Of a stretch of 64,000 bases of DNA, positions 28,738 to 37,299 are shown in pieces. Below the pieces are notes generated by a model. The model saw nothing but the letters and a program-made list of their open reading frames with translations. It made no database searches and was not told the DNA's origin. The DNA lies in assembly GCA_964590395.1 (NCBI GenBank), contig CAZPVT010000021.1, positions 1,329 through 65,328 on the forward strand, given 5' to 3'. Every line of letters starts with the position of its first letter. The first letter of the stretch is position 1. The position numbers and the translations under genes were made by a program. The stretch is from an uncultured bacterium. Lineage in GTDB: Bacteria; Hydrothermota; Tepidihabitantia; Tepidihabitantales; Tepidihabitantaceae.

Positions 28738-28815
28738 TTTTTACTCCCTTCTGGTTTTGAAATTGCATAATTTTAGCCAACAACGCACTATAAGTCAACC
28801 CGATTTATACCCAAG

Positions 28816-28878
28816 GAGATTGTTGTGACTTTGCCACTTGCCAAGAGCAAAGCGTCACTATCGCTCCTTGCAATGACA
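28816..28878. repeat. degenerate REP-like palindromic element
   Basis: GAGATTG...CGCTCCTTGCAATGACA resembles the copies at 29325 and 48873. Confidence 0.6.
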
Positions 28879-28989
28879 CTCTCCCTGCTCCTGGCTCCTG
28901 TCTTTAGAACTCTAAACATCACAGCCGGATTCCTCTAGCCATTTCTACTCCCAATCCACCACTTGAGCCTATTCCCAGCCAGCCCTGAA

Positions 28990-29145
28990 ACGACACCGCC
29001 GACCCTGTGCACCACATCCCTGCCCGGCACCAGCACCACTATTCCCGAAACCACGATCAGAACCCCTATTTTCACCTTAACCAAAACTACCATCCACACC
29101 ACTTTTACTACTCTTATGGGGACGGTTCTGGGGACGGGGTCAAAA
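28990..29145. repeat. degenerate 12-bp-period array (AC in register on the plus strand)
   Basis: AC at 28990+12n in 12 of 13 consecutive units. Confidence 0.8.
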
Positions 29146-29261
29146 AACGCAAAAATTTTAAAATAACCCATTGAAAAATAAAACGATAAATCAAATTAAC
29201 CCGAGATAGATTTTTTAACCTATAGGTTAAATTTTATTCTGCCCTGCCTTCCATTTTTCTT

Positions 29262-29384
29262 TGTCATTCTGAGCCCGAAGGGCGAAGGAATCCCTTTGCG
29301 GGTAGTCCGGGCTTTATCGCATATAGATTGCTTCGTCGCTAACGCTCCTCGCAATGACAAAAGGGGGGGTGCCTCGCAATGACA
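29262..29384. repeat. REP-like palindromic elements (TGTCATT...AATGACA family)
   Basis: TGTCATTCTGAGCCCGAAGGGCGAAGGAATC (29262) faces AGATTGCTTCGTCGCTAACGCTCCTCGCAATGACA (29325-29359); extra CCTCGCAATGACA at 29372-29384. Confidence 0.75.
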
Positions 29385-29503
29385 GGAAAAAGGGCGTGTC
29401 TTGTGATGATGAGAAAACTCCAGCAATGGCAGAATAGGTGGTGACTCCAGATGACAGAAATAAGGGTTGATATCAGGCTTGATTTTTAGTATAATAAAAC
29501 CTT

Positions 29504-29782
29504 ATGGCCCTTAAACAGGTATATCAGGCAGAGAATGAGTTGATGGCAAATACGATTAAGGATCTGCTTGAGCAGAGCGGAATTCCGGCGCTGGTTCACT
29601 CTTTTCAGATTCCGGCTTATGACGGAGTGGCACAGGTGATGCGGCCAGCCTGGGGTGAGGTTCTGGTTGAGGAGGAGGATCTGGCGCGGGCAAAGGAGAT
29701 TATTAACGGGTTTATTACCGGTGAAACAGTGCAGGATGGAGAGGCGGACAGTTCAATAACCGAGGGTGATGAGCGGTCTTAA
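29504..29782 (+). CDS. DUF2007-like putative signal-transducing protein
   Basis: VYQAENELMANTIKDLLEQSGIP...VLVEEEDLARAKEII; promoter TTGATA-17-TATAAT 8 nt upstream. Confidence 0.8.
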   Translation: MALKQVYQAENELMANTIKDLLEQSGIPALVHSFQIPAYDGVAQVMRPAWGEVLVEEEDLARAKEIINGFITGETVQDGEADSSITEGDERS

Positions 29783-29993
29783 TCCAGTTGGCAGGTTGCT
29801 GATTGTTGCCGGGGTTTTTTTGATTCTGCTGGGCGGAGCGATAATTTTGTTCGGTCGGTTTGGTTTTTCTCGCCTGCCCGGTGATATTTTGATTGAACGG
29901 AAGAACTTTACCATCTATATTCCGATTGTCTCTTCGATTATCCTTTCCCTTGTTCTTACCCTGATTCTGAGTCTGGTTTTTCGGCGATGGTAA
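29766..29993 (+). CDS. DUF2905 small membrane protein
   Basis: RLPGDILIERKNFTIYIPIVSSIILS signature. Confidence 0.88.
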   Translation: MMSGLNPVGRLLIVAGVFLILLGGAIILFGRFGFSRLPGDILIERKNFTIYIPIVSSIILSLVLTLILSLVFRRW

Positions 29994-30028
29994 TTTAAAT
30001 GAATTAGATGAGGAGGAGAAAAGGCTAT

Positions 30029-32665
30029 ATGAAGAGAGTTATCTACCGTTTTGGACCAGAGAAAACCGATGGTTCGGCAAAGTTGAAGATGGTGCTGGGG
30101 GGTAAGGGTGCTAATCTGGCAGAGATGGCACGGATCGGGTTACCGGTGCCGCCGGGTTTTACCATCAGCACCGAGGTTTGCAGTTATTATTTGAGGCATC
30201 GACGCCTGCCCGCGGGTCTGAAGGATGAGGTAAGGCAGGGGTTGAGATATATTGAGAGGGGGATGGGTCGCAGGTTCGGTGATCCGGAAAATCCGCTTCT
30301 GGTTTCGGTCCGTTCCGGTGCACCTGCCTCAATGCCCGGAATGATGGATACGGTTCTGAATCTCGGGTTAAATGATCGGACAGTTGAGGGGCTTGTCCGT
30401 CTGAGTGGAAGCCGGCGGTTTGCTCTTGATGCCTATCGGCGGTTTATCCAGATGTTCGGGGATGTGGTTTTGAAAAGTGGCCGCGAGGATTTTGAGCGGG
30501 TGCTGGCTGAGGAGCGAATCCGTGCCAGGGTTACGAGTGATACTGAATTGGGTGATGATGTGCTGGGGAGGATCGTTGCCAGGTTTAAGGAGATCGTGCG
30601 GATAAGAACCGGACAGGAGATTCCCGAGGAACCAGAGGTGCAGTTGTTTTTTGCGATTGAGGCGGTGTTGAAATCTTGGAATAATCCGCGGGCGATTGAG
30701 TATCGCAAACTTTATTCCATACCTGAAACCTGGGGAACCGCGGTGAACATTCAGGCGATGGTTTTCGGCAATTTAGGTGAAGGGTCGGCAACCGGAGTAA
30801 TGTTTACCCGGGATCCGGGAAGCGGGGAAAAAGGAATTTACGGTGAGTATCTGATTAATGCCCAGGGTGAGGATATCGTTGCCGGTATCCGTACCCCGTT
30901 ACCGATGGCAACGCTTAAGGATAGAATGCCGGATGTTTATCGGGAACTGGAGATGGTCGCCAGGAAACTGGAGCGTCATTACCGGGATATGATGGATGTG
31001 GAGTGGACTCTGGAGCAGGGCAGACTGTTTGTCCTGCAGTGTCGGAGTGGCAAGCGGACACCGCTGGCAGGGGTAAAGATTGCGGTTGATATGCAGCGGG
31101 AAAGGCTTTTAAGCCGGGAGGATGCGATTAGAAGGGTTGATGCGGAGACGATCAGCGCCCTGCTCCACCGGACCATCAAGCCGGATGCAGAATATCAGGT
31201 GGTAGCAAAGGGTATTCCTGCTTCACCGGGTGCGGCGGTGGGTGAGGTTGTACTTACCGCTCAGAAGGCGGTGGAAATTGCTGAGGCAGGACGCAGGGTG
31301 ATACTGGTGCGACATCAGACATCAGCGGATGATGTGGCGGGAATGGCAAAGTCAGAAGGAATTCTTACCGCAGCAGGTGGCACAACTTCGCATGCTGCGG
31401 TGGTGGCACGGGGTATGGGCAAGCCGGCGGTTGTTGGCTGTGGTGAACTGGAGATTGATTACGAAGCTGGTATGGTGAAAATCGGGGCGACCGCAATTCC
31501 TGAAGGTGCCGTAGTAACTATTGATGGGACAAAGGGTGAGGTAATTATCGGTGCGGTACCGATGGCAGAGCCCGAATTGACCGGTGAGTTTGCAATCATC
31601 CTGAAATGGGCAGATCAGTTACGTCGGCTTAGGGTCCGCACCAATGCTGATACACCAGAGGATGCGCGTCGGGCACGGGAGTTTGGAGCCGAGGGGATCG
31701 GACTGTGCCGGACCGAACATATGTTTTTTGCACCGGACCGAGTAGGTGTGATGCAGGAGATGATTCTTGCTGAGGATGAGGCAGGCAGGAAACGGGCACT
31801 GGAAAAACTTTTGCCGTTCCAGCGCCAGGATTTCGTTGGAATCTTTCGGGTGATGGATGGCCTGCCGGTTACCATCCGCACACTTGATCCACCACTGCAT
31901 GAATTTTTGCCCAAAGATGAGACCAAAATTGCCGAACTGGCAGAGCGGCTTGGAATCACGGTGGAGCGGATAAAAGAGACGATTCACCGTCTGGAAGAGG
32001 CAAATCCGATGTTAGGATTTCGCGGCTGTCGGCTCGGTGTTATCTATCCAGAAATTACCCAGATGCAAGCACGGGCGATATTTGAGGCTGCCTGTCTGGT
32101 AAAGAAGGAGGGAATAAAAGTTCTGCCGGAGATAATGATTCCCTTGGTCAGTGATGCTACGGAGCTGGCGCTTCAGCGACAGCTGGTTGAGAAGATCGCG
32201 GAGGAGGTTTTTGCGGAACAAGGGGTAAAGGTAAAGTATTCAGTCGGGACGATGATTGAGGTGCCGCGTGCAGCACTGCTGGCGGAAGAGGTTGCCCGTT
32301 ACGCGGATTTCTTTTCTTTTGGCACTAATGATCTGACTCAGTTAACTTACGCTTATTCTCGTGATGACTATGGTAAGTTTTTTAGCAGTTACCAGGCGCT
32401 CGGGGTGCTAAAAGAGAATCCGTTTGATACAGTGGACACAAAAGGTGTCGGGATGCTTATGAAGATGAGTAAACAGAAGGGACGTAAGGTCAATCCGAAA
32501 CTGAAATTGGGTATTTGTGGGGAGCATGGCGGAGACCCAAAGACCATTGTCTTCTGCCACGAGATCGGACTGGACTATGTTAGTTGTTCGCCTTATCGGG
32601 TGCCGGTGGCAAGGTTGGTGGCGGCGCAGGCAACGGTGGGCAAAGGAGAAAGAAAGGATGTGTAG
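30029..32665 (+). CDS. ppdK: pyruvate, phosphate dikinase
   Basis: LGGKGANLAEM, SVRSGAPASMPGMMDT, GGTTSHAAVVARG, GLCRTEHMF, GICGEHGGDP; start ATG 30029 after AGGAGG. Confidence 0.98.
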   Translation: MKRVIYRFGPEKTDGSAKLKMVLGGKGANLAEMARIGLPVPPGFTISTEVCSYYLRHRRLPAGLKDEVRQGLRYIERGMGRRFGDPENPLLVSVRSGAPASMPGMMDTVLNLGLNDRTVEGLVRLSGSRRFALDAYRRFIQMFGDVVLKSGREDFERVLAEERIRARVTSDTELGDDVLGRIVARFKEIVRIRTGQEIPEEPEVQLFFAIEAVLKSWNNPRAIEYRKLYSIPETWGTAVNIQAMVFGNLGEGSATGVMFTRDPGSGEKGIYGEYLINAQGEDIVAGIRTPLPMATLKDRMPDVYRELEMVARKLERHYRDMMDVEWTLEQGRLFVLQCRSGKRTPLAGVKIAVDMQRERLLSREDAIRRVDAETISALLHRTIKPDAEYQVVAKGIPASPGAAVGEVVLTAQKAVEIAEAGRRVILVRHQTSADDVAGMAKSEGILTAAGGTTSHAAVVARGMGKPAVVGCGELEIDYEAGMVKIGATAIPEGAVVTIDGTKGEVIIGAVPMAEPELTGEFAIILKWADQLRRLRVRTNADTPEDARRAREFGAEGIGLCRTEHMFFAPDRVGVMQEMILAEDEAGRKRALEKLLPFQRQDFVGIFRVMDGLPVTIRTLDPPLHEFLPKDETKIAELAERLGITVERIKETIHRLEEANPMLGFRGCRLGVIYPEITQMQARAIFEAACLVKKEGIKVLPEIMIPLVSDATELALQRQLVEKIAEEVFAEQGVKVKYSVGTMIEVPRAALLAEEVARYADFFSFGTNDLTQLTYAYSRDDYGKFFSSYQALGVLKENPFDTVDTKGVGMLMKMSKQKGRKVNPKLKLGICGEHGGDPKTIVFCHEIGLDYVSCSPYRVPVARLVAAQATVGKGERKDV

Positions 32666-34319
32666 GGGAGAAGGTTTCAAACAAAACCTAAACGGATTAC
32701 TAAAAGGGCATTCGGGTGTTCGGGTTAATCCCGAACGGCAGGAGTTAATCACCGCGGCGGTGGAGTGCCGGGAGGCGCTGATTACTAAGACAGGCTGTCT
32801 TGCCACCTGGACACCGCCAGACTCTACCGGTAGAAGCCCGCAGGACACAGTTACGGTTTTGAGGCCTGATTCTGAAGGTAAAATTGACTGGACCTCGCCG
32901 AACAACCTGCCCATTACTCCGGACACCTTTAATATGATATGTAATGATGTGCTGAGCCGGCTGGCAACCAAGGGCCGGCTCTATTATCTTACCAGGGTGG
33001 TCGGCTGGGATGTCCGCTATGCCCTGCAGTTAAATTTCATTTCGGATCGGGCATTGCATAGTCTATTTGTGGACAATATGTTCTGTCCGGTCCCCGCAGA
33101 TATCCAGCAGTCTATTTTTGCCCAAGAGCCATTTACCCTTATTGCCCTGCCTTACGACCGGCTAGACCCTAACCGTTATGAAGGCAGACTCCGCAAACTG
33201 CCCGGCACTAACCGGACCAGCACGATGGTGATCGCCATTGATTATGACCACCGTCTGGGCATTGTTTTCGGTTCTGCCTACTGCGGGACGATCAAAAAGT
33301 TGATGTTCACAGTGATGAACTATCTGCTGCCAGAGGTGGGGATCCTACCGTTACACTGTTCGGCAAATGAGGGGGAAAATGGGGACATTGCACTGTTCTT
33401 AGGCCTTTCAGGCACCGGTAAGACTACCCTTTCTACCGACCCACGGCGCAAACTCCTCGGCGATGATGAGCATGGTTGGTCTGATGATGGGATCGCCAAC
33501 TTTGAAAACGGGTGTTACGCCAAGTTGATCAATCTTGACCCGAAAAAGGAGCCGGAGATTTATCAGGCAGTCTTTCATGAGGCTGATTATCTTGACCATG
33601 GTGCCATCGTTGAAAATGTGATGGTTTATCCTGATGGCTCATTTGATCTGAGAGACTCCCGTCTTACCGAAAACTCCCGTGCCTCCTATCCCCTCTCTTT
33701 TCTCAGCAACGTCAAGAACCCACCGATCGGCACTCACCCTGAGATTATTATCTTTTTGACTGCGGATGCTAATGGTATACTACCGCCGGTTGCGCGGTTA
33801 AATAAGGATCAGGCAATGTTTTGGTTTCTTTTGGGCTATACCTCAAAACTTGCCGGCACCGAAACCGGTATCATTGAACCGAAAAGCACCTATTCCCGTT
33901 TCTTTGGCCAACCGTTTATGCCCAGAAATCCGGATGTCTATGCGCGACTCCTTGGTGAAAAACTGGAAAGATATCGCACCAAGGTCTATCTAATTAATAC
34001 CGGCTGGACTGGTGGGCCTTATGGCAAAGGCAAGAGGCTCGATATCATTCTTACCCGGGAGATTGTTCAGGCGGTGCTCAGTGGCGCACTTAAAGATGTG
34101 GATTATGAGGTCGAGCCTTTCTTCAACCTAGCGATCCCTAAGACCTGTCCGAATATCACTGATCCGGGGCTGCTCAACCCGAGAAACACCTGGCCGGACA
34201 GGTCGGCTTATGAGGAACGGGCAAGAAAACTTGCCAGTGAGTTCCGCACCGCGTTCCAGCATGCGTTTGGCAACAGGAACATCGACCCGGTAATTCTACG
34301 CGTCGCACCCAATCCTTAA
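32658..34319 (+). CDS. pckA: phosphoenolpyruvate carboxykinase (ATP)
   Basis: TGRSP, LHCSAN, GLSGTGKTTLS, GDDEHGW, NFENGCYAK, TENSRASYP, NTGWTGG; start moved to ATG 32658. Confidence 0.95.
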   Translation: MCRGEGFKQNLNGLLKGHSGVRVNPERQELITAAVECREALITKTGCLATWTPPDSTGRSPQDTVTVLRPDSEGKIDWTSPNNLPITPDTFNMICNDVLSRLATKGRLYYLTRVVGWDVRYALQLNFISDRALHSLFVDNMFCPVPADIQQSIFAQEPFTLIALPYDRLDPNRYEGRLRKLPGTNRTSTMVIAIDYDHRLGIVFGSAYCGTIKKLMFTVMNYLLPEVGILPLHCSANEGENGDIALFLGLSGTGKTTLSTDPRRKLLGDDEHGWSDDGIANFENGCYAKLINLDPKKEPEIYQAVFHEADYLDHGAIVENVMVYPDGSFDLRDSRLTENSRASYPLSFLSNVKNPPIGTHPEIIIFLTADANGILPPVARLNKDQAMFWFLLGYTSKLAGTETGIIEPKSTYSRFFGQPFMPRNPDVYARLLGEKLERYRTKVYLINTGWTGGPYGKGKRLDIILTREIVQAVLSGALKDVDYEVEPFFNLAIPKTCPNITDPGLLNPRNTWPDRSAYEERARKLASEFRTAFQHAFGNRNIDPVILRVAPNP

Positions 34320-34337
34320 ATTAGGATTTCTCAATTA

Positions 34338-34760
34338 CTAAAGAGCAAAGATACTGATACTACCCTGTTTTACCCCTTTTAACGCCTGCAATTGGTCAGC
34401 GAGCGCCTGAATTCTTTGTGTCTCACCCCTTAAAAACAAAACCTCCAGACACCTATTGGGGTCAAGGTGAATGTGAATAGAAGCGATGATTTCGGTATAA
34501 TGCTGATGACCGAAGTGGGTCAACCTTCGGACAACATCCCGGCGTTCGTGATCATAAACAAATGTCAATGTTCCTACCGCCTCACCCTTGCCAGTGCGTA
34601 GTTTTCGTTCTGTTAACCACCGCCGCACCAGGTCCCTTACCGCTTCTGATCGGCAAGGGTAGCCAGCAGTTTTTATCGCTCTGTCAAATGCGGCTAAAAG
34701 TTCAGGTTCAAATGAAACACCAAACCGTTCAACTCCGATTGGTTTACCCTTGTCTTTCAT
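34338..34760 (-). CDS. nikR: nickel-responsive regulator NikR
   Basis: RFGVSFE ribbon, RSEAVRDL, YDH, HQH, HIHLD...CLEV nickel ligands. Confidence 0.95.
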   Translation of the reverse strand: MKDKGKPIGVERFGVSFEPELLAAFDRAIKTAGYPCRSEAVRDLVRRWLTERKLRTGKGEAVGTLTFVYDHERRDVVRRLTHFGHQHYTEIIASIHIHLDPNRCLEVLFLRGETQRIQALADQLQALKGVKQGSISIFAL

Positions 34761-35034
34761 TCCTTCCGTGATTTTTTACCAGCAAGGCAGTTAGCCAGAC
34801 GGCGACCACGGGCAAAAGCATCACTAAGCCGAGGAGAGTGGCGTTCGGTATCAGTCCATCAGTTTTGGTTTCAATGAATGTGCCACCTTTATACCCAAGG
34901 ATAAAATCCACCAGTATCATTACCGTTGCGCCCCAGAGCATCTGGCTTAAAAGTCCTAACCGGTATTTACCCTGGAATAGGCGCCAGAGAATGGTGGCGA
35001 GTATCGCCGCTACCGCGGTGGTGACGAGCCACAT
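34744..35034 (-). CDS. small 3-TM membrane protein in the nikR operon
   Basis: Hydrophobic; MLWGATVMILVD motif similar to the neighbour; overlaps the nikR start. Confidence 0.8.
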   Translation of the reverse strand: MWLVTTAVAAILATILWRLFQGKYRLGLLSQMLWGATVMILVDFILGYKGGTFIETKTDGLIPNATLLGLVMLLPVVAVWLTALLVKNHGRNERQG

Positions 35035-35375
35035 TAACCACCTCCGGAGGTTTCACTTTGCATCGGTTTGCCTGAAGGTAGCCAGCGGGAAAGGGTAACG
35101 GCAATTAGCCAGACAGCAACGATTGCAACGGTCATCGTGCCGCCGACTGTTACCATCTCCTTGAGCATCTGCGGTATATCCTGTGGGCTTTTCATCGCGG
35201 TAAGGAAGGGAGGATCCGGGACAATTTCACCGTGGGCGTAGTGTTCCACTGCCAGCGTTGCCACCCCTCCCCAGAGCATCGCGTTAAGCCATTCCGGATG
35301 TAATTGCTTGGGGAACTTCTTTTTTAACGCTGTAGTCGTTATGCCAGCGGCAGCCGGAACTAAAAAACATGCCAT
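35034..35375 (-). CDS. small 3-TM membrane protein (MACFLVP start, EHxxHGE motif)
   Basis: SD AGGAG; MLWGG...AVEHYAHGE; translationally coupled to the next gene. Confidence 0.82.
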   Translation of the reverse strand: MACFLVPAAAGITTTALKKKFPKQLHPEWLNAMLWGGVATLAVEHYAHGEIVPDPPFLTAMKSPQDIPQMLKEMVTVGGTMTVAIVAVWLIAVTLSRWLPSGKPMQSETSGGG

Positions 35376-35390
35376 CTTTAAACTCCTTTT

Positions 35391-35435
35391 GTGTTATTTT
35401 TTAATAAATAGTAGCACGCAAAAGTTAAAGGTCAA
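35391..35435 (-). promoter_or_regulatory. promoter with overlapping NikR operator
   Basis: TTGACC-16-TACTAT; imperfect inverted repeat GTGCTA-N15-TAACAC (35417-35391) overlaps the -10. Confidence 0.75.
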
Positions 35436-35469
35436 GTAAGTACTATGATAAGTCCATCAACGGTAAATA

Positions 35470-37275
35470 TCAGGATTCGTTTCTTAGCCAGTGATAGATG
35501 CTTTCTGCAAGGGCTTTGCCGATACCTTTCACATGGGCGATTTCTTCCTTGGAGGCACCGCGGAGTTTAGACATTGAGCCAAAGTGTTGGATAAGAGTCC
35601 GGTGGCGGGCAGGACCGATGCCAGGAATCGCTGCCAATTGAGACCGTAGAGCATTTTTCGTCCGAAGTCTGCGGTGCCACGAGATAGCAAAACGGTGGGA
35701 TTCGTCGCGGATAAGTTTTAAGAGTTTCAACGCCGGTGAGGTGGGAGGAATTGTTATTTCGCGACCGTCAAGGTAAGAGAGGGTGTCAGTGCGTTTGGCA
35801 AGACCGATGATCGGAATTTCTTGGTCGTACTGATGATAGGCGTTAATCGCTGCTGAAAGTTGACCTTTTCCGCCGTCAACGAGTACTAAGTCCGGTAGGG
35901 GCAGGTTTTTTTCCAGAAGGCCGCGCACACGACGGGCAAGGACCTCGGTGATCATCGCGAAGTCGTTCGGGCCAGAGACATTTTTTATTTTGAAAATCCG
36001 ATACTGATTTCTCAGTGGTCTGGTGTCCTGAAAAACCACCACCGAGCCTACCGCATTTGTTCCCTGGGTATTGGAGATATCGACACCTTCAATTCGGCGG
36101 GGAGGGGAACTTAATTCCAATATTGCCTGTAGTTCCCGGTTTGCTTTGGGGATACGGTCAGATAGATGGGATAACTCAACAAGTGCCTTTTCAGCATTGT
36201 GTTGGGCTAACTCCACCAGTTTGAGTTTCTCACCTCTTGTTGGCACGGTGAATCTCACCCGGCGTTTTCTATTTTCCGCAAAGACCTGTTCAAAAATGTT
36301 AAATGCGGTTATCGGCACCGGTAGGACAATTTCATCGGGCAGATCAGCGGTATGGGTGTAAACCGAACGCAGAACCCCTTCCAGAATTTCTTCATCAGGC
36401 ACGGTTTTATCGGCGGAAAGTGAGTACTGTTCTCGGGCAACGATTCTGCCCTCGCGGATTCTAAAGATTACTGCTACCGCTACCCGTTGTCCTTTTGCCA
36501 ATCCGATGACATCACGCGCGGTCCGATCGTTTGTTATCACCTGCTGATGTCGGACGATTTCCCGTAGGGCAAGTAGTTGATCCCGCAGGGTTGCCGCCTG
36601 TTCGTAGCGCTGGGTACGGGCTTCCTTCCACATCCTTTGTTCCAGCTCGCCGATCAATTTGTCTGACCTTCCAGCGAGAAACTCAATCACGTCATTAACG
36701 ATTTGATGGTAAGTGGTTTGATCGATATTGCCAATACAGGGAGCAAGGCAGCGCTTGACTTGAAAGTTAATACATGGTTGGTGAATCTTTTCGTCGGGAA
36801 GGCTTTTTTTGCAGGTGCGGATTTTAAATATTCTGCGCACCGCACGTAGTGCCCGGCGTAATTCCTTAGCACTGGTATAAGGTCCAAACAGTACTGAGCC
36901 GTCGGGTTTGATATTGCGGGTAATGAAAATTCGCGGGAACTTTTCGGTTGTGGTGATTTTTAGATACGGATATTTTTTATCATCCCGTAGTCGAACATTG
37001 AAGCGCGGTTTTTTGATTTTGATCAAACTTTCCTCTAAGAGCAGTGCCTCAACCTCGGAGCGTGTGACGATTGTCTCGCAGTCAGCAACCCGTCGGGTTA
37101 GGGCGGTAAGACGGGGTTCATTCTGAGGCTGGAGATAGCCACGGAGCCGCTCCTTTAAATCCCGTGCTTTACCGATGTAAAGCACCTTGCCCTGGGCATC
37201 CTTTAAAAGATAAACGCCTGGTTCGTTGGGAGCGCACCTTACCTTTTCGGCAAAATTGGCTTTCTGATTGGACAT
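35470..37275 (-). CDS. uvrC: excinuclease ABC subunit C
   Basis: PGVYLLKD...LYIGKA GIY-YIG domain, RIEGVDISN, DGGKGQL, RDESHRFA, HhH. Confidence 0.98.
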   Translation of the reverse strand: MSNQKANFAEKVRCAPNEPGVYLLKDAQGKVLYIGKARDLKERLRGYLQPQNEPRLTALTRRVADCETIVTRSEVEALLLEESLIKIKKPRFNVRLRDDKKYPYLKITTTEKFPRIFITRNIKPDGSVLFGPYTSAKELRRALRAVRRIFKIRTCKKSLPDEKIHQPCINFQVKRCLAPCIGNIDQTTYHQIVNDVIEFLAGRSDKLIGELEQRMWKEARTQRYEQAATLRDQLLALREIVRHQQVITNDRTARDVIGLAKGQRVAVAVIFRIREGRIVAREQYSLSADKTVPDEEILEGVLRSVYTHTADLPDEIVLPVPITAFNIFEQVFAENRKRRVRFTVPTRGEKLKLVELAQHNAEKALVELSHLSDRIPKANRELQAILELSSPPRRIEGVDISNTQGTNAVGSVVVFQDTRPLRNQYRIFKIKNVSGPNDFAMITEVLARRVRGLLEKNLPLPDLVLVDGGKGQLSAAINAYHQYDQEIPIIGLAKRTDTLSYLDGREITIPPTSPALKLLKLIRDESHRFAISWHRRLRTKNALRSQLAAIPGIGPARHRTLIQHFGSMSKLRGASKEEIAHVKGIGKALAESIYHWLRNES

Positions 37276-37299
37276 TATTTATGAGTTGGTTAAGTGGGA

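Noticed and set aside
11727-29145. Calling the 12-bp arrays CRISPR or TIGR arrays
   Set aside because: There is no 23-47 bp direct repeat, no box C/D-like 36-nt units and no cas/tas gene in the window; only a 2-3 nt anchor is conserved.
28935-29426. ORFs 28963-29166(+), 28935-29171(-) and 29220-29426(-) as genes
   Set aside because: They are low-complexity by-products of the 12-bp array and REP-like elements, with no convincing SD or family motif. Not annotated, though not strictly excluded.
32517-32657. N-terminal extensions in the ORF track (pckA; also 16186, 42381, 43697, 61573)
   Set aside because: They overlap upstream genes or promoters; better starts with SD or leaderless context exist downstream.
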